Shown here: positions 38,465-47,014 of the stretch, piece after piece
Position numbering within the stretch: position 1 is the stretch's first letter
Layout of the letters: each line of letters starts with the position of its first letter
Virus record (IMG/VR): IMGVR_UViG_3300002180_000002
Source: a virus
Strand: one strand, 5' to 3'
DNA: 64,000 nucleotides
The notes under the pieces: generated by a model
Databases searched by the model: none
Seen by the model: only the letters and a program-made list of their open reading frames with translations
Told to the model about the DNA's origin: nothing
Translations under genes and position numbers: made by a program

Positions 38465-38713
38465 ATGAAAGTATTTATAACAGCAAATTATTTAGAAGTT
38501 ACGGAAGATAATGACGATTTCTTGTTTCGCGCTCCATCAAAACTTATAAGACTAGAAGAAATTTCTACTTCTAAAGTTAGAATTTACACAGAGACAACTA
38601 AACAACGTCAAAACCACGAAATTATTGTTAACCCTACAACAGCTACAGATGCGGTTGGTTCGGGTCTTACAGGAGGACTTATTACATGGTTAATGACTAA
38701 TACAGGAGCTTAA
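38465..38713 (+). CDS. hypothetical protein
   Basis: 82-aa ORF with TAttTTTG (38439-38446) upstream. Confidence 0.45.
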   Translation: MKVFITANYLEVTEDNDDFLFRAPSKLIRLEEISTSKVRIYTETTKQRQNHEIIVNPTTATDAVGSGLTGGLITWLMTNTGA

Positions 38714-38718
38714 TAGTT

Positions 38719-39069
38719 ATGACTATAATTATTTCTATATTATCCATGATTGGAATTAGTCTTTTAGGATCATTACTTTATTCGGTAATTGACGCAAAAA
38801 AATACTTTAAACCTAAGATTTTCTCCATTAAAATATTTTTAAGAGAAAACATATTTACTTGGCTTTATTCATTCTTAATATGCGGGATAATTGCTACTAT
38901 TATAAATTTAATTCCTAATACAGCTACAGCTATTCAATCTGCAACTGGACTATCTGTTTCTAATGAAATAGCTTCGTTTTTAACTCTTGGATATGCGTTA
39001 TGTGCTAGTATGGAAAAAGATAAATTATCTGATGAAGACAAAAATAAAATTATTAAGAAAGATTTATAA
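38719..39069 (+). CDS. membrane protein (holin candidate)
   Basis: 116 aa with about 3 hydrophobic segments and a charged C-terminus, upstream of the amidase. Confidence 0.45.
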   Translation: MTIIISILSMIGISLLGSLLYSVIDAKKYFKPKIFSIKIFLRENIFTWLYSFLICGIIATIINLIPNTATAIQSATGLSVSNEIASFLTLGYALCASMEKDKLSDEDKNKIIKKDL

Positions 39070-39071
39070 TT

Positions 39072-39206
39072 ATGAAAAAGAAAAAAATATTAGAGTATCT
39101 AGTTAAATCCGCAATTTACCAAAATGAAGTTGTAGAGATTTTGTTAAAAGAAAGCAATACTAACAGAACTGTCAATCCTGACAAGCCAAAACCACCTAAA
39201 ACATGA
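39072..39206 (+). CDS. small hypothetical protein (44 aa)
   Basis: ATG ORF read by hand; ATGA overlap with the next gene. Confidence 0.3.
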   Translation: MKKKKILEYLVKSAIYQNEVVEILLKESNTNRTVNPDKPKPPKT

Positions 39207-39553
39207 GGTTTGTTTTAACTATATTTTTCTTTATATTATTTGTTGGGAATACTCCTTTTTGGGATTGGTATTATCCTGATAGCGGAACGATTGAAGCTGA
39301 ATGGTATAAATGGGATGCGGGAAAAAAGAAAGTAAATGAATTAATATTTTTTATAGGTCTATTAATTTCTTTATGCAATAAAACATTTTGGTCTTATATT
39401 GCTATTTTAATTGTATTAATATTTGTAGGTTGTAGTGTAATAGATAAAGCTAGGGGAATTAATGATTATCATATTCACGATATATTTGTGGCTTTAGGAG
39501 CTTTATTTATAGCAAGAGAAATTTATTTTAAAAAATTAAAGAATGTTATTTAA
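39203..39553 (+). CDS. membrane protein
   Basis: 116 aa with several hydrophobic segments. Confidence 0.45.
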   Translation: MRFVLTIFFFILFVGNTPFWDWYYPDSGTIEAEWYKWDAGKKKVNELIFFIGLLISLCNKTFWSYIAILIVLIFVGCSVIDKARGINDYHIHDIFVALGALFIAREIYFKKLKNVI

Positions 39554-39794
39554 TTCAAAACCTTCAATTATTAGATTTATTATAGTTTGCATGATTGTAT
39601 ATGTAAGCGGTTACATAGTCGCGAACATAACAGGAAATATTACAAACGTTTATGTTTTGTATGAAATATTTTGGTTGTTATTTTTTTCTTTTGTGTTTAC
39701 CGCAGGATTAATTTCTATTTGGAATGAATTTAAGTGTGGTTTATTCAAGTTGTTGAAAAGACAGATTAAAATTTTTTTATATAAAATAATATAA
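39543..39794 (+). CDS. membrane protein
   Basis: 83 aa with 2-3 hydrophobic segments. Confidence 0.45.
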   Translation: MLFNSKPSIIRFIIVCMIVYVSGYIVANITGNITNVYVLYEIFWLLFFSFVFTAGLISIWNEFKCGLFKLLKRQIKIFLYKII

Positions 39795-40198
39795 TGAATA
39801 TTAGATTTTTATTTTATACCCCATCAATAGTTGATTTATTTCAAGTTGTTGCTAATGAAAAAGAAAACATTGATTTTGTTTTTTTAACTATTGCTATAAT
39901 AACAGGAATAATAGGGTCAGGCGTAAGAGTTGCTTATGAAAAACAAAGTAAAAAAGTAAGTTCAAATAGAATATTATTTATTCTTATTTGCTCTTTAGCA
40001 GTAAGTTATGGAATATATGAATTCACAACAATATACAAGCATCGTAACTTTATAGGTCTTATCTCTATTCTTGGAGGAATTATAAGCATAGACATTATTA
40101 AATTTATTATAGAAGACTTACCTTCTATAGGTAAAGAAATAGTTAGAAAACAAGCTAAGTTAGAAAATAAAAATAAAGACAATAATAAAGAGTTATGA
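39794..40198 (+). CDS. membrane protein (holin candidate)
   Basis: 134 aa with 3-4 hydrophobic segments and a charged tail. ATGA overlap with the amidase gene. Confidence 0.45.
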   Translation: MNIRFLFYTPSIVDLFQVVANEKENIDFVFLTIAIITGIIGSGVRVAYEKQSKKVSSNRILFILICSLAVSYGIYEFTTIYKHRNFIGLISILGGIISIDIIKFIIEDLPSIGKEIVRKQAKLENKNKDNNKEL

Positions 40199-40848
40199 CA
40201 AAGCCAAAAGTAATAAACCACGTATTCCCCGAAGATCAATATTATCCTATTAATACTGAAAAGAAACAAATCGTATTACATCATACAGTTTCAGGAGATA
40301 ATGTTGATGGAGATATTAATTGGTGGAAACAAACACCTCAACATGTCGCTACTTGTATTATAGTAGATCGTGATGGAACAATCCACACTTTATTTAGTTC
40401 AGAACATTGGGCGCATCATTTAGGTATTAAGAAGTATATATTCAATAAGTTTAATATTCCAAATTACGGAGCAAACAAGAAATTGAATCAAGGCGCAATC
40501 GGTCTTGAAATTGATTCTTGGGGAGGTATTGTAAAAAGAAACGGTAATTTTTATCGTTCAGGAGATAGAAAAATATCGGCAGATAAAGTAATTGATTACG
40601 GTAGAGAAATTAGAGGTTTCAGATACTACGAAAAATACACGCAAGCTCAAATTAACACCACAGTTTATTTATTAAAGTACTGGAATGATAAATATGGCAT
40701 TCCAATTAATTATAATCCTGAAATGTGGAATTTAAGTGAAGAAGCATTAAAAGGAAAAGCAGGTGTTTGGACTCATGTTAGTTTCAGACCTGACAAGAGC
40801 GATTGTCACCCTTACCCGCCACTTATTGAAGCATTAAAAAGACTATAA
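40195..40848 (+). CDS. N-acetylmuramoyl-L-alanine amidase (PGRP/amidase_2-type endolysin)
   Basis: QIVLHHTVS..., IGLEIDSWG and THVSFRPDKSDCHPY match the Zn-amidase pattern. Confidence 0.75.
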   Translation: MTKPKVINHVFPEDQYYPINTEKKQIVLHHTVSGDNVDGDINWWKQTPQHVATCIIVDRDGTIHTLFSSEHWAHHLGIKKYIFNKFNIPNYGANKKLNQGAIGLEIDSWGGIVKRNGNFYRSGDRKISADKVIDYGREIRGFRYYEKYTQAQINTTVYLLKYWNDKYGIPINYNPEMWNLSEEALKGKAGVWTHVSFRPDKSDCHPYPPLIEALKRL

Positions 40849-41091
40849 ATGAAATTAACACAAGAGGAAAAAGACAGAACTTTAAAAAATTTCATGGAAG
40901 AAATGTTTGATTTTAAAGGACTAAAAAAGATTGGCTTTTTAAAGATATTAAAAAAAATGATTATAAAGCACAAGCCGAAAAGATTTGTGAGTTTTTTGGA
41001 ATGGAATCGGTATATGAGTATCGGGCAAAAACTACTTACGCTCATATATCCTACGCAGAAGGGCATAGACCAAAAGGCGAAGGTTTTATGA
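40849..41091 (+). CDS. hypothetical protein; possible -1 frameshift product extending to 41117
   Basis: 80-aa zero-frame ORF. After the A-runs at 40923-40928 and 40950-40957, the -1 frame is open to TAA at 41115-41117 and reads more protein-like. Confidence 0.4.
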   Translation: MKLTQEEKDRTLKNFMEEMFDFKGLKKIGFLKILKKMIIKHKPKRFVSFLEWNRYMSIGQKLLTLIYPTQKGIDQKAKVL

Positions 41092-41221
41092 CAGAATTTA
41101 AAAGTATTTACGAATAAAAAACTCCCTGCGTGAACAGAGAGTTTTCAGAATAAATTATACATAGCGCAACTTTTAAATAATCAGGGTTGTATTACTCCTG
41201 ACACGGCAAATATAGGATAAA

Positions 41222-41641
41222 ATGGACAAAAAGCAAATATTTCAGATTATTGAAGAAAAAACAGGAATGAAAAAATGGGTGATTATTCTCGCTCTAACAG
41301 CGCTAGGATTAGCGTTATTAGGTTTTGGTGGGAGTAAAGGGTGGAATATGTACGGAGATCATTTAGATGCTTTAGAAAAAGAAAAACAAGCTGACATTGA
41401 ACTTGCAGAGTCAAATAGACTTAAATCTATAGATAGTATGGCTTGTATTCAACAAGAGCGTGAAGAAGAATATGTTAATATCGATATGATAAAAAACAAT
41501 ATTCCTAATTACAAATATAAATTTAATAAAGCAGAAGATGAAATCACTAAACTTAAAGACAGTATTCGTTCTATTTATAGTAGCCAGTTTACTAAACGCG
41601 AACTCGATTCGTTCGCAGACAACGCAAGAGTTCAGCGCTGA
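41222..41641 (+). CDS. N-terminally anchored coiled-coil membrane protein (i-spanin-like)
   Basis: TM segment WVIILALTALGLALLGFGG followed by a charged helical region. Lies downstream of the lysis genes. Confidence 0.4.
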   Translation: MDKKQIFQIIEEKTGMKKWVIILALTALGLALLGFGGSKGWNMYGDHLDALEKEKQADIELAESNRLKSIDSMACIQQEREEEYVNIDMIKNNIPNYKYKFNKAEDEITKLKDSIRSIYSSQFTKRELDSFADNARVQR

Positions 41642-42092
41642 TAATTTTGACCTTGATATAAGTATAGATTTTGAACCAAGTTTCTTCAAAGAATATAGGT
41701 CTGTTCGCTATCGTGAAATCAATGAAATGCTTAAATATGCAAAAGCGTATAATAACTTAGTGGAGCAAGATAGTTTGCAAAATATAAAAATTAAGCAACA
41801 GAATAATATTATTAAATCACAAGATTCAATTATCAATAGTTATGAAAATATAATTATTCCAACTTTTGAAAAAGAAATAGCTTCTTTGAACTATCAAAAT
41901 TTACAATTTCAAATAGAACTTAAAAAAGAAAAAGAATTGTTTGCTATCCGTCTTGAGCGAGAAGAAATGGAATTACAAAAATTCAAATCTAAAAGAATAA
42001 ATATTGGCTTAGGAGGATGTTACGGATTTAGTAATAATGGAACAGGATTTAACGCAGGAGTAGTTGTTAGCTACACTTTATTTAGATTTTAA
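41538..42092 (+). CDS. secreted coiled-coil protein with outer-membrane beta-signal-like C-terminus
   Basis: Signal peptide MKSLNLKTVFVLFIVASLLNANS. Ends ...GFNAGVVVSYTLFRF. Its start is embedded 104 nt inside the previous gene in another frame. Confidence 0.4.
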   Translation: MKSLNLKTVFVLFIVASLLNANSIRSQTTQEFSADNFDLDISIDFEPSFFKEYRSVRYREINEMLKYAKAYNNLVEQDSLQNIKIKQQNNIIKSQDSIINSYENIIIPTFEKEIASLNYQNLQFQIELKKEKELFAIRLEREEMELQKFKSKRINIGLGGCYGFSNNGTGFNAGVVVSYTLFRF

Positions 42093-42134
42093 TTAATATT
42101 ACCTGTTATAACCTGTTTAAATATTTTTTTGAGT

Positions 42135-42142
42135 TATTTTTG
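42135..42142 (+). promoter_or_regulatory. -7 promoter element (TAttTTTG)
   Basis: Perfect TAnnTTTG 20 nt upstream of the ATG at 42163. Confidence 0.35.
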
Positions 42143-42162
42143 AATTACTTAAAACATGAATC

Positions 42163-45100
42163 ATGCCTATTCACGGAAACGACAACAGATACCCAATAGT
42201 AGAAAATCCTCACGCTAAAAATAGAATCCTTGCTTGGGATCATATTGCAGGGAAAACAATTCAAATTCCTTTAGAAGTTATCGCAAGTGAAGAAGGTTTT
42301 ACTTTACAAGACAATATTCGTAGAATTGTTACTACTTTCGGTCAAGGAAGTCAAAATTATAATGTCCACGACTTAATTAATAATTCTCAATTCTTACCTT
42401 TATCATCAGACCACACAGCCGATCAACCAAGATTTACTGTTTCTGAAATAGAATCTCTTATTGTTAAAGTTCCACGAAGTAGTAGAACTGGAAATAGAGC
42501 GCTTGAAGTATTTGATTATTATTTATTAAAAGAAGTTGGAAAAGGCACTTATGGTGGAGGTGGTGATACTCATGTTGTTGCTAATAATTTTCTTTTTCTT
42601 AGAACAACACAAACAATAGTTATTTCTTCAAATACTCCTGAACCTCCTGTTATTTATGATATATACACAGAAGAAGATTATGAAATTCCACATCTTTGCG
42701 TTAATACAGAAGATCAAGATTTTGAAGTTGTTAATACTAAAGATTATTATTTTAAAATATATACTCTTGATGGAGCAAGAGCGCCTGATATTCCTGACTA
42801 TCCTTATCATCTTTATAGATTTATAGGGGGCGAAGGTAATTACGGAACTATTGGTGGAGACAGTACATTTTCCACAGACTTTGAACTTGTTGAAGCTGTT
42901 GGAGAAACACCTATAGGAACTACCATTAGAACCGTGAATATAGCTTCTGTCATTGAAAAAGGCACCTCTATAGAAAATATTTCGGAAGCTCTTAAGGATG
43001 GCTTTAGAGGAATATTAAATATAGAAAGTGATGAAATTGTTTTATTTAAAGTATTTAGAAAAATAGGAAACACTTTAATTTTTGAACAATATTATTGGAA
43101 AAACGGTAAAGCAGAAAATATCACAGCAGACTGTGAGCCTTCTGATTTTGAAGTAGATTACAAAGAATCTATAGGTAAAATATCTCTTGAAACAGATACA
43201 AAAAATGGAGATACTAAAATATATAATGTATTTAGTACAGATAAAGCAACTCCCGAAGTTGGGCTAAACTTAAACGTTCCTGATCTTCTTTTTGATAGCG
43301 ATGATTCTAATATTTATGTTTTATCTAGGGTTTATGACGATACGCTTTCTGATATATATAATCTATATAAATATACAGGCGTTCCCACAACATACGGGGC
43401 AAGTTCAGGGAATGCTGCCGTGAATGGTGATTTTGAACTTATAGATACTATTGGAGACGTTTCTAACCCTCCAACTACTTCCGAAGGAATATTAAAAGTT
43501 AGAAGAATAATTGTTGGTTCAGTTATTAATGGAACAGACATAGTAAATGATGATATTTCTAAAGCTATAAATAGAAGTTTTAGAAGTCAAATAAAAATAA
43601 ATCCTGACGAGCTTTTAATTTTTGAAGCTCATAGAAAAATAACTGATTCTGATTCAAAAGATTCTACCTTGCTTCTTGAAAAATATAGATGGATGGGTAG
43701 AACAAATTTAATTGATTCAGATACCGTTTTAGCTGATTTTGATCTTGATTTTGAAAAGAAAGCTATTGCGGAACTTCCAACAGATAAAACAGAAACACCA
43801 CAAGTTAATCCTGTTCCAACAGTAGATATTAATCTTCCCGAAGTTGCTTTAAATAATGCATCAGCTACTTATATTATATCTGCTACAGAAGACTTTTATT
43901 TTGTTATTTATAATGAAAATATCACCTCTTTAGATTATAAAATATATAAATACATTGGAGCAATTCAATCGATTGGTAGTGGAGGTGTAACTGTTGTGAA
44001 TGGTGATTTTGAAGAAGTTACCGAAGTAAATGACGACACTACTCCATATTACATGAGAGGAACATCTTTCTTAAATGTTGGTACAGGAACATACAATCAA
44101 GTTCCTGAAAAAGACGCATATCGTTTAGGAAAAATTGCTATTGGAAAAACTACTGTTAACGAATTGTTTGAAGTTGATGGAAATGAAACAGGTACTACGG
44201 GTGGAGTAAATCTTAAATACACTCAAACAAATGGTAGAATTATTGAACTTTCCCTTGGAGGTGAAGACCAATTAAGTGATCTTTCTATTCCTGCATCAGG
44301 AGTTTCAGGAATGATAGCACGATATTCAGGAGACACGAATTACCCTACTACTACTACTTATGTTGCTTTAGGAGATTATGATTTATTAGGCGCTCAAAAG
44401 AATTTTGGATTAACAATGGGTCTTGCAAAAGCAGACGCATCAGCATACGCCTTGATGTTTGCTCAAGCATTAGTTGAAGATAATGAAGATGAACACCAGT
44501 TAAAATTTAAATCTTTAAGTGTTGATGGTGATTTTGCTTATTATCATCTTAATTCTAAAGGATATAAATCACAACTTCCCATATTAGGATTTGCAAATGA
44601 ACCACTTCACCATTTTTATGTAAAAAATAATGAAGGTGATGATTCTGAATTTTTAATATCTCCACATTTATTTTCAACTGATAATTTATTTAAAATAGGA
44701 TCAAGTTATGGTGATGGTACTTTTACCTCTAATTATGTTCATACAGATACTCTTGCAAAAACAGGTACAACAGAAACAACTCTTGGAACACAAACATTTG
44801 GTTTAGGTGTTGATGCTAGTGGATATATTATTGCTGTGCCTAAAGCGGGTGGTTTAGAGGAAATTGATGAAGGAAACGGAATAGGATGGAGATTAATTGG
44901 AAAAGACCCAACAAAACATAGAGATATTGGATTAAATGCTGTTGATTTTAGTCAAAACGTTGCTTCTGAATTTTATGGAGCTATAGGAGAAAATAGTTTT
45001 GCAGTAGGTTTTAATGTTTTAGCACAAGGTCTTAACTCCGTAGCTTTAGGAGGACAAGACATAAGAGCTATAGGTGAAGCATCATTTGTTGGAGGTGGGT

Positions 45101-45888
45101 ATGGAAATTTTGCTAACGGAATTGGTTCTAGCGTTATTGGAAGTCAAACAAGTATTGCAGAAGGAAGTTACTCTGCTGTTTTAGCAGGATATAATGCAAC
45201 AGCTTATTCTTATGCAGAAGTTGTTATAGGCAGGTTTCAAACAATTTACGCTCCTACATCTTCAACATCTTGGGATTCGTCAGATAAATTATTTGTTGTA
45301 GGGTGTGGTTCTAGCGCCTTCGCTAGAGCAGATGCTTTTACAATATATAAAGATGGAACAATAACAGCACCATCTTTAACTACAGCATTAATAGATACCG
45401 CAGGAGATAAAGCTTTAGTTACTAAAGAATATGGAGATACTAATTATGCAAATCCAACTCAAGCTTTCGGTGGATGTGGAATGATTGGAAATGCAACAGA
45501 GACAGTTATTAATACTGCGGGGGTATATGAAAATATCACAGGAACATTTGTAGCAAATGCATCTTTAAGTGAGGTTACGGCAAATGCATCAGGACTATTA
45601 ACTTATACGGGTTCAGCAGACAGACATTTTCATATAGTATGTAATTTAGATATGCTTTGTGTTTCTAATAATCAAACATTAAAATTTAAATGGTTTAAAA
45701 ATGGTTTAGAATTACAAATTCCTATGGAAAGAAGAATCACTACAGGTACAGATATAGGTTCAGCTTCTATTCATGCAGATGTTATGCTATCTACAAGTGA
45801 TACTTTACAATTAAAAGCAACAAATATTACAAGTACAGCTAATATTACTATACAAAATATATATAAATTTATATTAGGGATGGTTTAA
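42163..45888 (+). CDS. tail fibre / adhesin-like protein (1241 aa)
   Basis: Three related internal modules (...Y(H/N/K)LY(R/K)(F/Y)(I/T)G...NGDFE(L/E)...). A C-terminal region of short Gly/Ser/Ala repeats (NSFAVGFNVLAQGLNSVALGG...SSVIGSQTSIAEGSYSAVLAG) is reminiscent of YadA/Hep-Hag head repeats. Confidence 0.65.
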   Translation: MPIHGNDNRYPIVENPHAKNRILAWDHIAGKTIQIPLEVIASEEGFTLQDNIRRIVTTFGQGSQNYNVHDLINNSQFLPLSSDHTADQPRFTVSEIESLIVKVPRSSRTGNRALEVFDYYLLKEVGKGTYGGGGDTHVVANNFLFLRTTQTIVISSNTPEPPVIYDIYTEEDYEIPHLCVNTEDQDFEVVNTKDYYFKIYTLDGARAPDIPDYPYHLYRFIGGEGNYGTIGGDSTFSTDFELVEAVGETPIGTTIRTVNIASVIEKGTSIENISEALKDGFRGILNIESDEIVLFKVFRKIGNTLIFEQYYWKNGKAENITADCEPSDFEVDYKESIGKISLETDTKNGDTKIYNVFSTDKATPEVGLNLNVPDLLFDSDDSNIYVLSRVYDDTLSDIYNLYKYTGVPTTYGASSGNAAVNGDFELIDTIGDVSNPPTTSEGILKVRRIIVGSVINGTDIVNDDISKAINRSFRSQIKINPDELLIFEAHRKITDSDSKDSTLLLEKYRWMGRTNLIDSDTVLADFDLDFEKKAIAELPTDKTETPQVNPVPTVDINLPEVALNNASATYIISATEDFYFVIYNENITSLDYKIYKYIGAIQSIGSGGVTVVNGDFEEVTEVNDDTTPYYMRGTSFLNVGTGTYNQVPEKDAYRLGKIAIGKTTVNELFEVDGNETGTTGGVNLKYTQTNGRIIELSLGGEDQLSDLSIPASGVSGMIARYSGDTNYPTTTTYVALGDYDLLGAQKNFGLTMGLAKADASAYALMFAQALVEDNEDEHQLKFKSLSVDGDFAYYHLNSKGYKSQLPILGFANEPLHHFYVKNNEGDDSEFLISPHLFSTDNLFKIGSSYGDGTFTSNYVHTDTLAKTGTTETTLGTQTFGLGVDASGYIIAVPKAGGLEEIDEGNGIGWRLIGKDPTKHRDIGLNAVDFSQNVASEFYGAIGENSFAVGFNVLAQGLNSVALGGQDIRAIGEASFVGGGYGNFANGIGSSVIGSQTSIAEGSYSAVLAGYNATAYSYAEVVIGRFQTIYAPTSSTSWDSSDKLFVVGCGSSAFARADAFTIYKDGTITAPSLTTALIDTAGDKALVTKEYGDTNYANPTQAFGGCGMIGNATETVINTAGVYENITGTFVANASLSEVTANASGLLTYTGSADRHFHIVCNLDMLCVSNNQTLKFKWFKNGLELQIPMERRITTGTDIGSASIHADVMLSTSDTLQLKATNITSTANITIQNIYKFILGMV

Positions 45889-45924
45889 TAAAATTATTAT
45901 TATCTTTGAAAAAAAACACTTATA

Positions 45925-46140
45925 ATGGACAATAAAAATCAAGAAAAATCTAAAAATGTTTCACTTTCTGAAAGTGAACAAGCTATTATTAAAGAGAAAA
46001 GAATTCAGGAAAAAAATTTAATTGATGGACAAAAAGAGATAAACGCTATACTTTCAAAACGTAAGCTGAATATAGTTGTTGATCCAAATAGTCCTATTAG
46101 AAACCCAACATCTATAGTTGTTCCTTTGAATCAACAATAA
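45925..46140 (+). CDS. hypothetical protein
   Basis: 71-aa ORF with TAtcTTTG (45901-45908) upstream. Its 3' end overlaps the convergent gene by 29 nt. Confidence 0.4.
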   Translation: MDNKNQEKSKNVSLSESEQAIIKEKRIQEKNLIDGQKEINAILSKRKLNIVVDPNSPIRNPTSIVVPLNQQ

Positions 46141-46453
46141 ATCCAACAGCTTCACCTTTTAAATAGACAGCTTGTTTTTCTATTTCATATTCATCTAAAT
46201 TCTTAAGACTTCCATTTAAAAGCTTTAAGTAAAAGGGTGTAGTTACGTTTATAGGTATAAAACTAATTGTCATATTATCTTTAGAAATATAATTTGATTT
46301 TAAGACTAAATCTTTATCGTTTATATTAGGTAAACAAAATACCTGTCCTTCAATTATTTCATTATTTTCTGTCTTAACAGTATAAATAATTGATGTTGTT
46401 TTAAATTCTATATCAGTAGCTATTAGTCTAATTTTTTTTCCAGTGCTTTGCAT
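46112..46453 (-). CDS. hypothetical protein (leftward two-gene cassette)
   Basis: 113-aa ORF overlapping the upstream cassette gene by 31 nt. Confidence 0.5.
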   Translation of the reverse strand: MQSTGKKIRLIATDIEFKTTSIIYTVKTENNEIIEGQVFCLPNINDKDLVLKSNYISKDNMTISFIPINVTTPFYLKLLNGSLKNLDEYEIEKQAVYLKGEAVGFIVDSKEQL

Positions 46454-46791
46454 AGCTTGTAAAGGTTAAATTTTCTTTTAGTCAAGTACATAACAGGATA
46501 ATTATAAACCACTGTCATATTACTTATATAGTGTAGTTTTTTATCTAAGTTGTCTTTTTTTCTTTCATTCGATAAGTGCTTATTAAAATTAAGAATTCTA
46601 AACACTTTTTCTTTATCATATATAGATAATAAAGCTTCAAATAAATACAATCTTTTGTAATACAGTGGTTTCATGGAATATAGAATAATATCTCCTTCAA
46701 TGGTTTTTTTTAACTCAAACGACTGTATTGTAGTATCATACAATTTATTGTCTTGAATCAAAAAACCGTTATTCCTATTTTCATGATCCAT
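46423..46791 (-). CDS. hypothetical protein (leftward two-gene cassette)
   Basis: 122-aa ORF, divergent from the RHH gene. Confidence 0.5.
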   Translation of the reverse strand: MDHENRNNGFLIQDNKLYDTTIQSFELKKTIEGDIILYSMKPLYYKRLYLFEALLSIYDKEKVFRILNFNKHLSNERKKDNLDKKLHYISNMTVVYNYPVMYLTKRKFNLYKLCKALEKKLD

Positions 46792-46811
46792 TTATAAAAT
46801 ATATTTTAAAA

Positions 46812-46819
46812 CAAAGGTA
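46812..46819 (-). promoter_or_regulatory. -7 promoter element for the leftward cassette (TAccTTTG on the minus strand)
   Basis: The plus strand reads CAAAGGTA, 21 nt from the minus-strand ATG at 46791. Confidence 0.35.
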
Positions 46820-46849
46820 ATTTATTTTTGGATAATAAAATAATTGCAG

Positions 46850-46857
46850 TACATTTG
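46850..46857 (+). promoter_or_regulatory. -7 promoter element (TAcaTTTG) for the RHH operon
   Basis: Perfect TAnnTTTG 19 nt before the ATG at 46877. A second copy, TAttTTTG, lies at 46823-46830. Confidence 0.35.
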
Positions 46858-46876
46858 TAGTCTTAAAGACACACAA

Positions 46877-47014
46877 ATGAGTGATATACTTAATGATGAT
46901 ATTAGAGTTAGGGTTAATGAAGACTTCAAGCTTACTCTTGAAACAGAAGCTAAAGCTTTAGGATTAAAGCTAGCTCCATATATTAGAATGATTTTAACAA
47001 AAAGAAGTAAATAA
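46877..47014 (+). CDS. ribbon-helix-helix (Arc/CopG-like) DNA-binding protein (45 aa)
   Basis: MSDILNDDIRVRVNEDFKLTLETEAKALGLKLAPYIRMILTKRSK shows the beta-strand then two-helix RHH pattern. Read by hand; it replaces the antisense track ORF 46822..47091. Confidence 0.55.
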   Translation: MSDILNDDIRVRVNEDFKLTLETEAKALGLKLAPYIRMILTKRSK

